Origin: Eledone cirrhosa
Lineage: Eukaryota
Direction: 5' to 3'
DNA: 64,000 nucleotides
Assembly: GCA_964016885.1 (NCBI GenBank)
Contig: OZ024740.1
Span: 356,128,001 to 356,192,000 of the forward strand
Shown one piece after another: positions 12,987 through 25,080 of the stretch. Every line of letters starts with the position of its first letter. Position 1 is the first letter of the stretch. Made by a program: the position numbers and the translations under genes. Below the pieces are notes generated by a model. That model saw only the letters and a list, made by a program, of their open reading frames with translations. It was not told the DNA's origin and did no database searches.

Positions 12987-14046
12987 ACCAGATAGAAAAA
13001 TGCGTACAGCAAAAAAAAGTAATATTGTTGGAATATAAACCTTTAAAAATACAGGACAAGAAACTAAAATAAAACTTTAAAAGAATAGGACAAGAAACTA
13101 AGATAAAACTTTAAAGAATTGGACAAGAAATAAAAAATTTTACAATAATATTAGTGGCAACATTTTTTTATTCGTTTCCTGTGCTATGCCCCAGTATCTT
13201 CTTGATTAGTGCATAATAATTGTCATGCTCTCATTGTGCGTTGCCCCTGAGCGGTTGGTTCTGGTTGGGGTTGGTTGGCTGAGCAGTTCTGCTCCGTCAG
13301 AATGACCATTGCAAGAAGAATTGGCCGATGCAGCTGCAGGTCTCCTCCAAGAATGCACTTCTGGTCCCGCAACACCAGACGAAGATGGAGAAGACGACCG
13401 GGACAAGATGTCGACTCTGACCACCGACTACGGCACCTCCCTCAACCACCGGTCCTCCCTCCCTCTGTCCCGTCATGCTTCAGTCCTTCTGCTCCCCCTT
13501 CCTGTATCAGAAAGCTGTGGCACGCATTCATCTGGACTGCCGGACTTGAACTCAAGGACAAGATGCAAGGAGAAGATGGATGGGTTGGTCAAGATCAAGG
13601 ATGAGCGGGACGACAAGACCGTCCGCTGCTGCTCAAGATCTGTGCTCATGGGCCCATGGGTCCATTCACATTATGCATGACACATGAGGCGTGTCGCCGA
13701 ATGATGAAATAGGGGTATGGTTATGGCCCAATTGGTGTTCAAACCAGGATCAATTGATCCCCCGGTCTGACGACGACCTCTGAATGTGGAACCCAGAGCC
13801 TATGAATGTGGAACTCGATTTTTTTACCAATAAAATTTTTGCCACTAATATTATTGTAAAAATTTTTATTTCTTGTCCAATTCTTTAAAGTTTTATCTTA
13901 GTTTCTTGTCCTATTCTTTTAAAGTTTTATCTTAGTTTCTTGTCCTATTCTTTTAAAGTTTTATTTTAGTTTCTTGTCCTGTATTTTTAAAGGTTTATAT
14001 TCCAACAATATTACTTTTTTTTGCTGTACGCATTTTTCTATCTGGT
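12987..14046. repeat. Fold-back: arms 12987-13160 and 13839-14046 with internal subrepeats of about 35 bp around a GC-rich core of about 680 bp
   Basis: ACCAGATAGAAAAATGCGTACAGC...TAGTGGCAA is the reverse complement of TTGCCACTA...GCTGTACGCATTTTTCTATCTGGT. The right arm has one extra GGACAAGAAACTAAGATAAAACTTTAAAAGAATA-type unit. Confidence 0.92.
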
Positions 14047-14600
14047 ATATGAATGTATATATAGCATATTTTGCAATACACTGTATGCTTAATTAAAAGC
14101 ATTTCGAAGACCTTACGCTATTGTTTTAGAGTAGTGACAGTCTCACTTACTTTAAATTTTCAGCAAACAGGGGAGATAAAGCTGACAGAGCTCTGTTTCG
14201 TACTAAAACAATAGCGTAAGGTCTTCGAAATGCTTTTAATTAAGCATACAGTGTATTGCAAAATACACTATATATATACATTCATATATATATCGCTATT
14301 TCAGAGCACCAATTCTAATTTTCAATTTCTGCTTGACCGGCAACCGCTCTGTATAATCTGTTCCTGATTATTACTAGAAATTCTATAAGAATCAAACATT
14401 CATGATTTTCAGCAAACAGGTGGTGTACTTGGCTTTGATAAGTACCAATCAGTATGAAACAGAGCTCTGTCAGCTTTATTACCCCTGTTTGCTGAAAATT
14501 TAAAGTAAGTGAGACTGTCACTACTCTAAAACAATAGCGTAAGGCCTTCGAAATGCTTTTAATTAAGCATACAGTGTATTGCAAAATACACTATATATAC

Positions 14601-14610
<10 letters not shown>
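14047..14610 (+). mobile_element. Penelope-type non-autonomous (pLTR/retrozyme-like) element: monomer 14293-14610 plus direct (14203-14292) and inverted (14047-14203) partial copies
   Basis: Direct and inverted duplications of the CTAAAACAATAGCGTAAGG...CATTCATATA tail, a hammerhead-like core, and (TA)n on both outer sides. Confidence 0.7.
14405..14499 (+). ncRNA. Degenerate type I hammerhead ribozyme
   Basis: GCT-TTGATAA (for CUGAUGA)-GTAC caatca GTAT-GAAAC AGAGCTCT GTC-AGC, with an extended helix ATTTTCAGCAAACAGG/CCTGTTTGCTGAAAAT. The inverted copy restores stem II as GTAC/GTAC. Confidence 0.6.
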
Positions 14611-14653
<43 letters not shown>

Positions 14654-14657
<4 letters not shown>

Positions 14658-14971
14658 TGATGGTAGCTAAGATTCTTCCATAGGCGGTATGCCGGTTGAG
14701 CACTCTATGCTCTTACAGAGCAGAGTATGATAGAACAGAAAACGAAAAATCAGTGATGCATCTGAACTCAATTTATTGTGTGTTACAATTGTTTCGCCGG
14801 CAGACAGCTTGAGACACGATCATTGTGTGGATCTGTCTGATTCTGGACACGCAGGTTCAACGGACACATCTAATGATTTAGGAGCATCTCAAGCTGTCCG
14901 CCAGCGAAACAATTGTAACACACAATAAATTGAGTTCAGATGCATCACTGATTTTTTTGTTTTCTATTCTA
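14654..14971. mobile_element. (TA)n-embedded fold-back element with hammerhead half-cores; same family as 29771-30008
   Basis: Inverted arms of about 84 bp (14731-14814 and 14887-14971), each with GAAAC-AATT-GTA. Head and tail are shared with 29771-30008. Confidence 0.75.
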
Positions 14972-15678
14972 TATATATATGAAGGTGCATGCCTTAGCGG
15001 TCAGAGAGTCTGATTCCCAATCATGAGGTTGTGAGTTTGATTTCCAGATCAGGTGATGCATTGTTCTTGAACAACACACATTATTTCTTGTGGCTCTAGG
15101 TCATTCAGCTGTTGAAATATGTAAATAATATGTTGAAATATGCCAAGCTGTATCAGGTTTTGTCTTTCCCTTGGACAACATAGGTGGAGTGGTAAGTGGA
15201 GACTGGTATACATCGCAACAGCTAGTCAGTCTTGAACAAAAACAACTTCCCTAGGCTTGTGCCTGAGGTAATCTTTCTAGGTGTAAAAATCCCAAGGTGA
15301 CCGAAGGTTTTTTTCATATATATATGTATGTATACGTACATACATATATGTATACAGACGTATGTTAGTATGTATATACATACATACATGCATACATACA
15401 TATATGTTCATTGTTCCTTAGTCAGTGTTGAACAAAAGGGCAACGATGGTTGCCGAACACTGTACGGCTACTAATTCGGGCTGTTTGTTTACAAACAAAC
15501 CGAGAATTATAATAAATGTTCGGTAAACCCATACGTACATATATGTATGTGTGCATGTATATATATATATATATATACATACTAGCGTATGTCTGTATAC
15601 ATATATGTATGTATGTATACATACTTATATTTAAGTATCAGCTGTACTAAGAGTGAGAAATGAAGTTTCATTTTTTCC

Positions 15679-15713
<35 letters not shown>

Positions 15714-16380
15714 TTATTAGTACAGATTAAACAAAGAATTTCTGCTTTCACCCTATTATGGATTTTCACATTCTTCGGATTTTGGTCTTCGTAATTATTA
15801 TTATTACTATATATATATAAATAATTGTTTCTACTTTTGGCACAAGGCCAGCAATTATCCCGTGCATTACTGGTACTTTATTTTATCGACCCCGTAAGGA
15901 TGAAAGGCAAAGTTAAATATTGTTGTGTTTGTTCATCAGAACAAGGCTTGCATAAACTGGGAAAGTATTACAATACTTCAAGAAGTATTCAGCATTAAAG
16001 CTGAATATATATCATTATCCAGGGAAGATAGGAAATGGTAGAAAAGTACAATTATCAAAGTGGATGGGAAAGACTAGAAATGGTGTATAGTGTGACCTAG
16101 CGGAATGTTCTAGCTATGTTGCATTATAAATGCATACACAAGATTATTTGTAAGATCATCTTTAAGGAGCCATTGCATCGCATTATAATACTGATCATAA
16201 AATAAAATTAGATAGAAAAACATTAGTTGACATCAGAGCTGGATTAAGTCCTTTTGATTCCCCAAATACTTAAAAGATTATAAAAATTCTGTAAAAGATC
16301 TTTTTTGAGGACTGACAAATCCATTTAATTTGAATACAATTTATTACATAAAAAATAAAAAATAAATTGAATATATATAT

Positions 16381-16677
16381 CATCATCATCATCATCATCA
16401 TCATCGTTTAACGTCCATGTTCCATGCTTGCATGGGTTTGGACGGGAGTTTTCCCACTTGAGGCAAGAGTGGTTGTCTTGCTCGCATAGGACTGTCTGGC
16501 GGGTTTTCTACAGTTGGATGCCCTTCCTAACACTAACCACATTTACAGTGTGGGTCTGGGAGGTTTTTACCGTGTTGCCTACACGGCCACATTACAGCAT
16601 GGACTGTGTGTTTTTTTGTCGTGACACCTACACGATCTCATTTGTTTTGGCCTTGATGTTGTGGCACCAACATAACA
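16381..16677 (-). mobile_element. RTE 3'UTR-only copy with (GAT)n tail
   Basis: Diverged reverse complement of about 19500-19795. Confidence 0.9.
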
Positions 16678-16689
16678 TATATATATATA

Positions 16690-16878
16690 TAATTGTTTCT
16701 ACTTTAGGTACAAGGCCAGAAATTACCCAGTGCATTACTGGTACTTTATTTTATTGACCCCGTAAGGATGAAAGGCAAAGTCAACCTTGGCGGGATTTGA
16801 ACTCAGATCATAAAGGGACGTAACTATGCTGAAAAGCATGGCGTCCGACCCTCTACCGATACTGCCAATCCACTGCCC
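16690..16878 (-). mobile_element. tRNA-derived SINE, family B (ATT tail)
   Basis: Reverse complement of the 47758-47952 copy; A box TGGCAGTATCGG and B box GAGTTCAAATCC. Confidence 0.9.
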
Positions 16879-16945
16879 TTTATATATATATATATATAAT
16901 ATATATATATAATATATATATATAATATAATAATATATATATATA

Positions 16946-19795
16946 ATGATCACCTATAGATCCGGGGAACACACAAGCCAGGTAGATTATATCCTTACCA
17001 GAAGACGTGACAGAGTGTCTGTTGTAAACACTAAATCCCTCCCCCATGAAGAATGCACCTCCCAACATAGACTGATAATTAGCGACCTCATAGTCAGGAC
17101 GAGACGTACTCGACAACAGAAGAGGACTATCCTCAGGAGGAAAATATGGAAGCTAAAGGACCCCACAGCCAGGAATAAATTTCAAAGCATATTACTTGAT
17201 GCTTTCGACAGTAAGGAAGAACATTTAGAGTCGGACAATATAGAGGGAGAGTGGGAATTTCTGAAAGCAAACCTGCTGTTGGCGACAGACGAAGTCTGTG
17301 GCTGGAGCAGGCCTGTAGGCAGGAGGAGAGTAACATGGTGGTGGAACAGTAAGGTGGAGGGGTCAATTAAGGCCAAAAAGCAGGCTTGGAAAGTATGGCG
17401 GGATGGGGGAAGTAGAGAGGACTATCAAGTGGCCAGGAGGGAAGCTAGGAGACAAGTGTACTTAGCAAGAAGGGAAGCTGAGGAAAGAAAGTTCAAGCAT
17501 GTTCTACAACGCGATGACCAAAAACGTGAGGTGTTCAGGATTGCTAGGCAATGCGTCAAGGAAAACCGTGATATTGTCGGGGAGAAGTGTGTACTAAACG
17601 ACGATGGCACACTTGCCATCACCGACGCTGATAAGAAGGTAGCTTGGAAGTGTCACTATGAAAGGCTACTAAATGAGGAGAATAATTGGGAGAAAGGCAG
17701 TCTCCCCCATATCGACCCAATAGAGGGACCAGCAGTGTTAGTCGAGGGGAGTATAATAAGTAAGGCAATCAAGGATATGAAGACGGGTAAGGCGGCTGGG
17801 CCTTCGGAAATAGTTGCTGAGATGCTGAAGGCATCTGGCACGGTGGGACACACCATGGTCACCCGCATAGTTAACCAAGTCGTACAGAATGGGGTTGTTC
17901 CGAAGGACTGGCATAGCAGCATCATCGTTAACTGTTATAAGGGTAAAGGAGACGCCCTAGATAGGAGTAACTATAGAGGCATTAAATTAATCGACCAGGT
18001 CATGAAGGTCACGGAAAAAGTAATAGCGCAACTAATCAGAGAGAGAATTGACCTAGATGAAATGCAGTTCGGGTTTGTGTCAGGCAAAAGTACCACAGAC
18101 GCTCTTTTCATAGTACGACAACTACAGGAGAAGTACCTAGCTAAAGGTAAACCCCTCTACTTAGCTTTTGTCGACTTGGAGAAAGCCTTCGACAGAGTCC
18201 CCCGCTCCATTATCTGGTGGGCTCTTAGAAAACTAGGCGTTGACGAATGGCTTGTGAGGGCTATACAAGCCATGTATAAAGAAACAGTCAGCAAGGTTAG
18301 AATTAACAACGAATATAGTGAAGAGTTTAGCGTAAAAGTTGGCGTCCATCAGGGCTCTGTTCTCAGCCCACTACTATTTATTATTGCCCTTCAGGCTATA
18401 ACAGAGGAGTTCAAGACAGGCTGCCCATGGGAACTTCTATACGCAGACGACCTGACACTCATAGCGGAATCAATGGCCGAGCTAGAGAAGAAATTCCAAA
18501 CATGGAAGCACGGCCTAGAGTCAAAAGGACTTAAAATTAACCTGGCTAAGACCAAAGTACTAGTTTGTAGGAAAGAAAACAAGGCGGCGGTCCCTTCTGG
18601 GAAATGGTCGTGCTCGGTGTGTAGGAAAGGCGTAGGTAGAAACTCCATTTTATGTCCTAAATGCAAAGTATGGGTGCATAAAAGATGTAGTGGGATCACA
18701 GGTAAGCTAACTAAGAACATAGATTTTACATGTGGCCGGTGCTCTGGTGCAATAAGTAGCAGCAAGTGCCCACAAACTACTAGCTCTTTCAATTGCGCAG
18801 AGGGTTCTATAGAAATAGTGGACAGCTTCCGTTACCTGGGCGATAAAATCAGCAGTGGGGGAGGGTGCTCTGAAAGTACTGTAGCTAGAGTCAGAACTGG
18901 GTGGAAAAAGTTCAGAGAGCTTATACCACTATTAGCTGCTAAAGGGTTCTCACTAAAAATGAAAGGCAGGTTGTACGATGCCTGCATACGAACAGCAATG
19001 CTGCATGGCAGTGAGACCTGGGCATTGTGTGCAGAGGATATACGCAGACTAGAGAGGAACGAAGCTTGCATGCTCCGCTGGATGTGTAACAGTAATATAC
19101 GTGAACGGCAAAGCATAAACGAACTAAGGAAAAAATTAGAGATAAGAGGGATCAGATGTTGTTTACTCAAGAGAAGGCTACGTTGGTATGGACACGTGAT
19201 GCGCATGAAAGTCGATAGCTGTATAACAAAGTGCAGGGCAATAAAGATAGACGGTAGTCACGGAATAGGCAGACCTAGAAAAACCTGGGACGAGCTGATA
19301 AACTCCGACATCACACACTTACACCTCTCCAAGACAATGTCACTGGACCGAGACCTTTGGCGGTACTCAGTAACAGAGAAGACCCGCCTTACCTAAATAT
19401 ATAGTAAAACCTACTCCAGCCAGTAGGCATCTCTAACAAAATACACCCCGTCCCACCACCCCCACCCCCACCCCATCCACACCACCCCGTTCTATGTAAA
19501 GTTATGTTGGTGCCGCGCCATCGAGGCCGAAACAAATGAGATCGTGTAGGTGTCACGACAAAAAAACACACAGTCCACGCTGTAATGTGGCCGTGTAGGC
19601 AACACGGTAAAAACCTCCCAGACCCACACTGTAAATGTGGTTGGTGTTAGGAAGGGCATCCAACTGTAGAAAACCTGCCAGACAGTCCTATGCGAGCAAG
19701 ACAATCACTCTTGCCTCAAGTGGGACTACCCCCGTCCAAACCCATGCAAGCGTGGAACACGGACGTTAAACGTTGATGATGATGATGATGATGAT
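16946..19795 (+). mobile_element. 5'-truncated RTE-clade LINE (ORF 16946-19396, 3'UTR, (GAT)n tail)
   Basis: APE C-terminus (DYIL, SQHRL), RT motifs YKGKG, NYRGI, FVDLEKAFD, GVHQGSVLSP and YADD, and a PHD finger. Nearly identical to the copy at 40384-45017. Confidence 0.97.
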
Positions 19796-21137
19796 ATATA
19801 TATATATGATATAAACACTTCAGCTTCGATGGAAGGATGACTCAAAAAGAAGATAAATATAAAGTATGTAAAGTACTATATATATTTCTTTTTCATTTGT
19901 TATCAGCCCTGTTTTTATCGACATTTGTTTAGCTACATTATATGCTCCATGCTATATCTAACAATGGAGAATTTTTGTGATGTCCCTCTTCCATTGATGC
20001 CTTAAACATGTGCTTATTTTGCTAAATGGTTAATCCAGCCCTGGTTGACATCATTACAGTTGTATATGGAATTCTACAAAATATAAGAGTAATTATGTAA
20101 GGTTTACTAATAGCACAATACTAGCCTCGACTCAATGCATAGTTTAGTAAGTGGTCAGATTGTCTAGTTAACTTGTATGATACATAGCTATCATTGAATG
20201 GTAAACTGTAAATATTCATCATCATCATCCTCACCATCAACTTTGTTTTTGTGTCACGTTTTCTATGCTGGCAACGGTTTGATGGGACTTTTTGAGGTAA
20301 TATTTTACAGTTGGATGCCCTTCTTAACACTAACACTTTTAGTCACTTCTTACAGCACACAGGGAAACTGTACACTTATTTGAAACCAGATACACATGGC
20401 TGATAAGTATAGTAAAATAGGTATGCTAAAATAGTAAAACAGCCAGAGACCTATATACTTGGTTATGGATTCATTAGTTTTCAACCATAACTAAATATGA
20501 AGAAACGCAGAGGAATATGCAACACCAGCAATTTTTTTAGAAAGATCTCTACAAAAAAAGACTAACTGAGCATTCAGTGTGCATCAATGTAGGATAAGTA
20601 ACAAAACAGAATTTCTTGAGATTCCTGTATGGAATAATTCTGAAGTATTTGTTGATTAAAAACTATGGGAAAAAAAGGAATGAATGAAAAGTCATAGAAA
20701 ATACTTTTGTGCAAATAAAATTATTTCCATTAAGTCTGTTTTAGGGAAGTTGTATCTAATGAAATGAAATACTTCTTAATAGCCGCAAAGAATGAAAGAA
20801 ATATTTGTTAAAGTATATTGTGATTATGGAGAAAATATAGGTGGAGGAAAGAAGAAAAAGTGAAACAAGGAAAAATGAAAATAAAAAAATTCTCATCTAG
20901 AACTTAATTTGAGAATCAATTTGAGTCAACTATACTCCTCGGAGAAATAAGATATAATTTGACAAACAATACACTACAATTGATTATATACATATATGAA
21001 TCATTAAAGAGGATGTACATATATGCATGTATCTTTGTGCATTTTTATATAAACATGTGTATATACTCATATTCATATATGTGTGTCAATATCTCTCTCT
21101 CTCTCTATCATCATCATCATTTTACGTCCGCTTTTCG

Positions 21138-21179
<42 letters not shown>

Positions 21180-21486
21180 GGATTGTTAGTGTGGGTGTAT
21201 GTAAACACTAATAAATATTCCACAGTTTTATACACACACACATATATATATATACCTATACATAATAACATGATTGTATATAAATGTATGTACATGTCTA
21301 TGTATGAATATGTATATATATCAATATCATCATCAGTTTACATTCATTCTATTTCTTTTTATGTATTTATCTATTTTTCAATATATCTCTATATTTTAGA
21401 AATGCAGAATGCTTGATGCAAAATGCAGAGCATATATAATATATTTTGTGCTAGTATATGTTTGTATATGTGTGTGAATGTATGTT

Positions 21487-21520
<34 letters not shown>

Positions 21521-21813
21521 GATACAATATATAGTATAATATTATATATACATGAATCACAGCAGTGTAATTTTATTTCATATAATCATGTTATTTAATC
21601 GCTGTCAGTGCACAATAACTCAACAAGTAATCAGCACTATGTCTAGGGGAATTAAAAATTGAGAAAAATGAGTTTCAAATATATCACATAAAAAATATGG
21701 AATATATATTGCAAGTTAACTTGTGGGAAATTTAGATGTTCTGTGAGTATTCACTTCATCAGCTGCTGTTAAATTCAAGACATTTATTTTTTTAGCCGTA
21801 CAATATATATTCA

Positions 21814-22158
21814 GGAGGCACATGGCTTAGTGGTTAGAGCATTGGCCTTGTGATCGAAAGGTTGTGAGTTCAATTCTCAGACTGGGTGATGTGTTGTTTC
21901 CTTGAGCAAGACACTTTATTTCGCATTGCTCCAGTTTACTCAGCTGTAGAAATGAGATGATAGGGACTGGAGTCTCTATCATTCCACTGCAAAGTGGTCG
22001 TGGAGGTGCCATGGCAAAAAAGCACCCAGCACTCACTGTAAATGAGGTTGGTGTTAGGAAGGGCATCCAGCTGTAGAAATCAAGCCAGAATCAGTTCTCT
22101 CCCACCCTTTCAAGCAGGGAAAAGCGAACGTAAAATGATGATGAGTGGTGATGATGAT
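21814..22158 (+). mobile_element. tRNA/CORE-like SINE, family A, with RTE-derived 3' tail
   Basis: Head GGAGGCACATGGCTTAGTGGTTAGAGC...GAGTTCAATTC, central CCTTGAGCAAGACACTT, and tail GGTTGGTGTTAGGAAGGGCATCCAGCTGTAGAAA shared with the RTE 3'UTR, ending in (GAT)n. Confidence 0.9.
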
Positions 22159-23138
22159 ATGTAAATGTGAAAATATTAGAAACATAAATTTCATATCTGG
22201 AGGATATGAAATGTATATATTATAGAGCAGGACATGTGGAAGTGTGTGCTTGGTTTTTTATAATTGAAGACTATGTTAGGAGACATGCTGTTTATTGCTA
22301 CAGTACATGAGACTTAGGAATATGTGTACCAAAGCTAGAGATATTGGCATGCAGGGTCTTTGTGTAGGTAAGCCCTAGCCTAGTCTTACAATCTGTGCCT
22401 CCTTCTCATTGTTGTGGACCCTATTTTCCCAAACATAATAATTTCAGCTGACAATCTAGTCTTTATCACTTCTTACTCTGACCTCACTAAGGAAATTACC
22501 AAAGCTGCATTTTGTATGACACAATCAACACTCACCTATGCCAAATCACATTATAGGTCATAACATCATACAGCATTTTCTACAACAAAGATGAGATAGT
22601 TAGTAATATATTTATTCATTGCAGGATGTTATTATATATTTAAGTTAATTATACAAATATGTATAAAGCTGTGATTCTTTAAGATTCAGTGATGCACCTG
22701 GCAGTAGGTTACTGCTTAGTTGTCTTAACAGAAGCAGCAGTTTTGTTGGCATTGATGTTGACTTTTGGCTTATTGTAATGTTGAATGCCACAACTTACAC
22801 CCTTACACAATATACAGAAAACTGCACAATTAAACATTGAAGGTGTGTAGCTTTCAATATAACAGAAAAAAAACATAATGGGATTATGTAACTACACAAA
22901 GTACATAGAGCTACACTCAGTCGTGCAATGAGAGCAGTTCATGAAAATAAAGCTACTGAGATAATAATAATGATATATCATGTCTATAATGTGAGATAAT
23001 GAGTAGCACAGACAGCTTAATTTTTATTTTGTTTCTCTTCTTCGTCAATAAAATAAAAAACAGTTCAGTTGGTCATGTTAAAGCAACAGCTGTTTGTATG
23101 GATTGATATAGGATTATTATTACCATCATTATTATTAT

Positions 23139-23459
23139 TGGATTGGCAGAATCATTAGGGCATCAGACAAAATGCTTTGCAGCATTTAGTTATATCTCTT
23201 TGTTCTGCCAAAATCTACTTTGCCTTTCATCATTTCTGGGTTGATAAAATAGCGTATCAGTCAAGTACTGGTGTTGAAGTAATTGACTTTCCCTGCCCTT
23301 GAAATTGCTGGCCGTGGGTCTAAATTAGAAACCATTATTATTTCAACAGTTAACCGAGGTTAACTTTGCCTTTCATCCTCACGGGGTCGATGAAATAAAG
23401 TACCAGTAATGCACTGGGTAATTGCTGGCCTTGTGCCAAAAGTAGAAACAATTATTATT
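23139..23459 (+). mobile_element. Two tandem SINE-B copies (older 23139-23342; truncated 23356-23459)
   Basis: Shared CTTTGCCTTTCATC...GCTGGCC...TAGAAAC.ATTATT motifs; ATTATTTCAACAGTTA is duplicated around the second copy. Confidence 0.8.
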
Positions 23460-24744
23460 TCAACAGTTATGTTTGAATTTTTATTGCACCACCACACAGA
23501 AACTTGTCTCCAAATTATTTTTAATAAAGAGAAAAAAAAAAAAATCAAATTTGCAGACAGTGCTCCAGGCTTAAACACTTACCCTTACATATTGAAAGAC
23601 TAAGAAAGAAGTGTTGGAATTATTACTTTGAATAAGAAAACAATACAACAATAACAACACCAATGTTACATCATTTTCTAAAGTTGTTGATCAAAAGATA
23701 TAACTTGATTTGAGAGAGTTTAATTCTTAGCATTCTGTATTGCATGGAACAACATTAGCAAGACATTCTTGAAAAGTACAAAACAACAGTCTAGCTGCAT
23801 CCCATTAAAAATAAAATTCTTTAGTTTACTTCAAATTTTCACAACAATCTATATAGGTAGTATGAACATTTGAATTAAGAAGCCTGCTTTTTTTAATATT
23901 TTCTACTAAACCACTACAGGGTTTAGAATTAAAGAAAAAGAGTGATGAGGTATGACAGACAGTGCCTTCATACTCAATAAATTTATCCAGGAAATCACAA
24001 TACAGAAGGTTTACATATCCTTGTTTTAAAAAATAAATTAAATTATTGAACAAATGGAGTTTTAATATGCTCTTGAAAGGGGAGTTAATAGAAGTCCTAG
24101 TGAATGTGTGACCAGATATGGGCTCTGTCAGTTAGGGCCAGGCATATAGAAGGGAGTGCCAAGATTATTAGAACAAAGAGTAGATAAAGATATAGGCTGG
24201 TCACAGTATACAGAGTCATGGGTCTCGAGATAACTAGAATCAGTCAGAAGTATAGGCATTAAATTCATTATATATCCAGTTCTGTTTGATAGTGAATATA
24301 TAGATTTGTATGTACTGTTCTACTCTTAGTTCATCTCTTTTTATCTTTGATGTCCTGATCAATATCCTGTTTCAACTCCCCACCCCCATTACAAATGCTC
24401 CACATTTCTTTTATGTTATATTTTATGTCTAAATCAGTATACTTCCCTTAGGATTTTTAGCTGAATTTTTTCTTTGTGTATCCAATAAATTTACATTGGA
24501 TCTCAATATTTTTAATCCCATGGTGTAGTGGATTGGCAGAATTGATAGAGCTTCAGATAAAACGCCATTGTGGTATATGATCTGGTTCTTTACATTCTGA
24601 GGTCAAATCCCACCAAGGTCAACTTTGCCTTTCATTCTTATGTGGTTGGTAAAATAAAATATCAGTCAAGTACTAAGGCTGATTTAATAAACTTTGCTCT
24701 TCCCCCAAATTTGCTGGCCTTGTGCTTAAATTAGAAATCAGTAT

Positions 24745-25080
24745 TTTCATTTCCACTTGTATTCTTCTCTTCCACCATGGTTTTTGGTTCCCAATCCCAC
24801 TTGTGATATTTTCCAAGCCTAAGTCATTCACCGCATATGTATTATCTGCTTTTATCAAATTGTTGATTTCAGTTATATTGCTTTATGGATGATTTTATTT
24901 ACATTTTTGGTTATCTCTCTTATTTAAACCTGATCTTTATGCTTTTCTGCTATCAAATTACTTTTTTTTTGCAGTTTAAACATTTTTCCTCAGCAATTCT
25001 TTATCTTTATCCAATCCTTTACAGTCATTCAATAATGTGCTTCTTTTGTCTTGCCCTTCTACACCAAGCTCAATTTGTTC
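24745..25080 (-). pseudogene. Dong/R4-type non-LTR N-terminal remnant, abutting an old SINE-B (24527-24740)
   Basis: Minus-strand peptide KPWWKRRIQVEMK resembles the PxWKRRIxxxI motif of R4/Dong ORFs; otherwise degenerate. Confidence 0.5.

Larger units (their letters stand above)
10487..14046. mobile_element. 3.56-kb non-autonomous gene-carrying cassette inserted in a TA tract of a hammerhead element
   Basis: The flanks 10457-10486 and 14047-14203 rejoin into the reverse complement of the contiguous junction CATTCATATATATATCGCTATTTCAGAGCACCAATTCTA seen intact at about 14279-14317. The interior is CpG-rich and free of microsatellites. Confidence 0.7.

Noticed and set aside
13765-13820. CTGACGA inside the cassette as a hammerhead
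   Set aside because: It is followed by GAAT rather than GAAA, and no stem I or III forms.
10457-14317. 30-bp inverted repeats read as the TIRs of a 3.86-kb DNA transposon
   Set aside because: Both copies are better explained as the head of the hammerhead element (one per strand), split by the inner cassette; no TSD was found.
21814-21890. Functional tRNA genes at the SINE heads
   Set aside because: They continue into SINE bodies and tails, and no complete cloverleaf was found.
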